Of a DNA stretch of 32,000 nt, positions 28,853 through 32,000 are shown one piece after another. The notes beneath the pieces were generated by a model. The model had not been told where the DNA came from, searched no databases, and saw only the letters and a program-made list of their open reading frames with translations. The stretch comes from Pseudomonas aeruginosa (GTDB lineage Bacteria; Pseudomonadota; Gammaproteobacteria; Pseudomonadales; Pseudomonadaceae). Where the stretch lies: positions 1,500,001 to 1,532,000 of the forward strand of contig NZ_LN831024.1 of NCBI RefSeq assembly GCF_001457615.1, in the 5' to 3' direction. Each line of letters starts with the position of its first letter. Positions within the stretch are counted from its first letter, which is position 1. The position numbers and the translations under genes were made by a program.

Positions 28853-30346
28853 TCATACGATGGTCAGCAGCACGGCGACGAAGATGCTGGCGGCAGAGAA
28901 GGTCATGGCCCGCGACGACCAGGCGTTGAACCAGCGCTGGAAGCTGGCCAGGCCGCGCTCCAGCTTGGTCGGCTGGCGGGTCCAGGACTGCCGGTCGAGG
29001 CGGAAGAACACGTAGATCTTCACCAGCGCGCCGACGATCTGGTTGTAATAGAGGATCAGCGGATAGGCCGGGCCGATGCGGTGCCCGGAGAGCGAGAGGA
29101 GCAGGGTCAGCACCAGGCGGGTGAGGCCGATCCAGAGCAGGTACACCAGCAGGAAGGCGATGCTGTACTTGAGGCTGGCGAGGATCGCCACCACCAGGCC
29201 GAGCAGGCTGGTCCACATCGAGACGCGCTGGTCGAACAGCACCAGCATGGTGAACCAGCCCAGGCGCCGCGCGCCGAGCTTGAGCGCGCGCGAGTTCTGC
29301 CGCAGGTTGTTGCCGTACCAGCGGTACATCAGCTTGCGACTGGCCTTGATGAAGCTCTTCTCCGGCGGGTGCTCGACCGTGTTGATCGCCGCGTCGGGCA
29401 CGTAGAAGGTGTCGTAGCCCAGGCGCATCAGGCTGAACCAGCTGGACTTGTCGTCGCCGGTGAGGAACTTGAAGCGACCCAGGCGCCAGTGCTCCAGGTG
29501 GTCGTTCTCGACGTCGGTGATGAACTCGGGGTTGGTCACCACCCGGGCGCGGAACACCGACATCCGTCCGGTCATGGTCAGCACGCGCTTGGACAGGGCC
29601 ATCGAGCACATGTTGATGTGGCGCTGGGCGAAGCGCAGCTTGTGCCACTCGCTCATCACGTAGCCGCCCTGCACTTCGCAGAATTCATTGGTGGTGAGAC
29701 CGCCGACGTTGGGGAAGAGCTTGAACCAGGGCACGGTCTTCTTCACCACGCCGTGGTCGAGCACGGTGTCGCCGTCGATCACCGCGACCACCGCGTCGTC
29801 GTCCGGCAGGTGCCGGGAAATCGCGCGGAAGCCATAGGCCAGGCCGTCGCGCTTGCCGGTGCCGGGAATCCGCACGAAGTCGAGGCTGACCCGGTCCGGC
29901 GGGTTCATCTTCTCCCACAGAGAACGGACCAGGACCTCGTCGGACATCTCGACGATGGAGCAGACCACGGTGGTCGGGTAGCCGCTGTCGATGGCTTCGC
30001 GGATCACCGAGCGATAGACCATGGCAGTGGTCAGGGCGTCGATGCGGAAACTGGTGACCATCAGGAACACGTGCGACGGGTCGGCCGCGCTGCCCAACTG
30101 GCGCACGCGCCGGCGGTAGTACGGGTAGACCACGTGGAGGAACAGCATGCCGCGCAGGAAGTGCACGCCGCCCATGGAGTAGCGCCAGATGCCGACGGCG
30201 CCGATAAGCAGGATGAAATCCTTGGAGTCGGCGTCGAACACGGTCTTCGGCACTGCCAGCGCGAGCACCATCAGCAGGCTGAGGAACACCAGCCAGCCGG
30301 TGGCTTCGGCGAGGCCACGTTTGTAAGTTTCCATCATCAGTTCCAT
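28853..30346 (-). CDS. alg8: Alginate polymerase glycosyltransferase Alg8 (GT2, polytopic membrane), 494-497 aa
   Basis: Full ORF beginning [11 protein letters not shown]. The annotated start may instead be the ATG at 30337 (MMETYK, 494 aa). It has a GT2 synthase core ([22 protein letters not shown], the last resembling the QxxRW motif), flanked by TM helices. Confidence 0.93.
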
Positions 30347-30477
30347 CGGGCTGGGGACCTTGGCCTCGACGCCGGCGTGCGCTTGTTGTTGTTATGGCGC
30401 ACGCCGCGGAGACGGCCTTCGGTCCGAGGGCGATAAAGAGGTTCTTTACCGGCTCACGGGGCCAGGGGGGCGGCCCG

Positions 30478-31788
30478 CTACCAGCAGATGCCCTCGGCCT
30501 GGGCAGTGGTGGTGTGCGGCATGAAGCCCACCAGGTCGACCAGCTTCTTGCCGCTCGGGGTCTTGTTCACCAGGTCGACGAACAGCTCGTCGCCATTGCC
30601 CAGCACCAGCACATCGGAACTCGCCACCACTTCGTCGAGGTCGGAGACCAGCAGTGAGGAGACGTGCGGGATCTTCGACTCGATGTATTCCTTGTTGGCC
30701 CCGTGGACACGCGCGTATTCGACGTTGCGGTCGAAGATGCGCAACTCGTAGCCCTTGCCGATGAGCATCTCGGCCAGCTCCACCAGCGGGCTTTCGCGCA
30801 AATCGTCGGTGCCGGCCTTGAACGACAGGCCGAGCAGGCCGACCTTGCGGGTGTCGTGGCTGGTGATGAGATCGAAGGCCTTCTGCACCTGGTTGGAGTT
30901 GCTGCGCATCAACGAACCGAGCATCGGGTGCTCGACGTCCAGCTGGCTGGCGCGATAGGTGAGGGCGCGTACATCCTTGGGCAGGCAGGAGCCGCCGAAG
31001 GCGAAGCCGGGACGCATGTAGTAGCGCGACAGGTTGAGCTTGTGGTCCTGGCAGATCACGTCCATCACCTCGCGGCCGTCGACGCCGACCGCCTTGGCGA
31101 TGTTGCCGATCTCGTTGGCGAAGGTGACCTTGGCGGCGTGCCAGACGTTGCAGGTGTACTTGATCATCTCGGCGACCTCGACGGTCTTGCGGATGATCGG
31201 CGCGTCCAGCTCGCGGTAGATTTCCTCGAGAAGGTCGCCGGTCTGCTTGTCCAGTTCGCCGATCACGGTCATCGGCGGGAAGTCGTAGTCCTTGATCGCG
31301 GTGCTCTCGCGGAGGAATTCGGGGTTGGTGCCGACGCCGAAGTCGACCCCGGCCTTCTTGCCCGAGCAGTCCTCGATCAGCGGGATCACCACGTTGTTGA
31401 CGGTGCCCGGCAGTACGGTGCTGCGCACCACCACGGTGTGGCGTTCGGACTTCTCGCGGATGGCGAAGCCGATCTCGCGGCAGACGGTCTCGATGTAGCC
31501 CAGGTCCAGGTCGCCGTTCTTCTTGCTCGGCGTGCCGACGCAGATGAACGATACGTCGGAGTCCAGCACGGCCTTCTTGAAGTCGGTGGTGCCCGACAGC
31601 CGTCCGGTCTGCCGGCCTTGCTGCAACAACGCTTCCAGGCCCGGTTCGACGATGGGCGACTTGCCCTGGTTGATCAGGTCGATCTTGGTGCTGGAGACAT
31701 CCACACCAATGACTTCATGACCGCGTGCCGACAGGCAGCCAGCACATACTGCACCGACATAGCCCAAACCAAAGATGCTGATTCGCAT
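30478..31788 (-). CDS. algD: GDP-mannose 6-dehydrogenase AlgD, 436 aa
   Basis: The start is taken at MRISIFGLGYVGAVCAG (31788), with SD GAGGTG at 31800-31795; the track ORF has 3 extra codons. It has a Rossmann motif and the catalytic-Cys motif GGSCLPKD. It is the first gene of the alg operon. Confidence 0.96.
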   Translation of the reverse strand: MRISIFGLGYVGAVCAGCLSARGHEVIGVDVSSTKIDLINQGKSPIVEPGLEALLQQGRQTGRLSGTTDFKKAVLDSDVSFICVGTPSKKNGDLDLGYIETVCREIGFAIREKSERHTVVVRSTVLPGTVNNVVIPLIEDCSGKKAGVDFGVGTNPEFLRESTAIKDYDFPPMTVIGELDKQTGDLLEEIYRELDAPIIRKTVEVAEMIKYTCNVWHAAKVTFANEIGNIAKAVGVDGREVMDVICQDHKLNLSRYYMRPGFAFGGSCLPKDVRALTYRASQLDVEHPMLGSLMRSNSNQVQKAFDLITSHDTRKVGLLGLSFKAGTDDLRESPLVELAEMLIGKGYELRIFDRNVEYARVHGANKEYIESKIPHVSSLLVSDLDEVVASSDVLVLGNGDELFVDLVNKTPSGKKLVDLVGFMPHTTTAQAEGICW

Positions 31789-32000
31789 CGCATTCACCTC
31801 GATTGTTTGTCGCGCCGTTAATGAGGTGGCCGTATGGCCACTTCCCTATCTGGCGAGCCGTTACTACGAGCCCCGATCCAGGGCCCTTGATCCGCCTTCA
31901 GGCAGTTTCGAATAGAGTGCTTAGTTGTTCGGCACTCTAATAGGGCAAGTTATAAGTTCATGCCCTTTAATGTTTCAGGTGGGTTTCAATAACGGTGCAT
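31789..32000 (-). other. Proximal part of the long algD 5' untranslated leader (the promoter lies beyond the window edge)
   Basis: This is a non-coding stretch of markedly lower GC directly upstream of algD. From memory, algD is transcribed from an AlgU-dependent promoter several hundred nt upstream of the ATG, which would be past position 32000. Visible stem-loops are at 31826-31841 (GTGGCC/GGCCAC) and 31914-31938 (AGAGTGC/GCACTCT). Confidence 0.7.

Noticed and set aside
1-32000. Possibility that the window hides a novel defence, mobile or otherwise undescribed multi-gene system, or any CRISPR array, tRNA, rRNA, IS element or integrase
   Set aside because: All 23 supported CDS are assigned to the fru, arn and alg operons with expected lengths and motifs, and non-coding DNA totals only about 1.7 kb. 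I saw no spaced direct-repeat arrays, no tRNA-like cloverleaf regions, no terminal inverted repeats flanking a transposase-like ORF, and no low-GC island large enough to hold a gene. Any novelty here is confined to the regulatory and RNA-level candidates listed as findings.

Overview
Very GC-rich window (about two-thirds G+C by eye). From the translated ORFs I recognise it as a Pseudomonas aeruginosa core-chromosome segment, equivalent to PAO1 loci PA3562 down to PA3540 in reverse-complement orientation. This identification is from memory and was not checked by any search. Three well-known sugar and envelope modules fill the window. (1) Plus strand, 209-5782: the fructose PTS operon fruB(fruI)-fruK-fruA. 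(2) Minus strand, 14760 down to 5936: the polymyxin/cationic-peptide resistance operon arnBCADTEF-ugd (L-Ara4N modification of lipid A). All seven of its gene junctions are 4-nt start/stop overlaps, and three phased 17-bp PhoP-like/PmrA-like direct-repeat boxes lie upstream. (3) Minus strand, 31788 down to 15148: the complete 12-gene alginate operon algD-alg8-alg44-algK-algE-algG-algX-algL-algI-algJ-algF-algA, ending in a textbook intrinsic terminator. Only part of the long algD leader is in the window; the algD promoter itself lies beyond the right edge. The 23 CDS leave only about 1.7 kb non-coding. I see no tRNA, rRNA, CRISPR array, IS element, integrase or prophage gene. I found no unassigned multi-gene block, so I cannot support a claim of an undescribed protein-coding system here. 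Many ORF-track entries are N-terminally over-extended or are antisense or off-frame artefacts of high GC. The features not explained by the annotated genes are all in the non-coding spacers. They are: the low-GC region between the algA terminator and arnB; a stem-loop displaying AACAACAACAA upstream of alg8; A-rich AAnAAnAA/ARN tracts at several alg translation-initiation regions; mutually exclusive hairpins plus an 8-bp direct repeat in the 229-nt algL-algI spacer; a run of GC-rich palindromes in the algF-algA spacer; and a REP-like composite palindrome between the convergent fruA and ugd. All of these are hypotheses that need experiment or comparative analysis.
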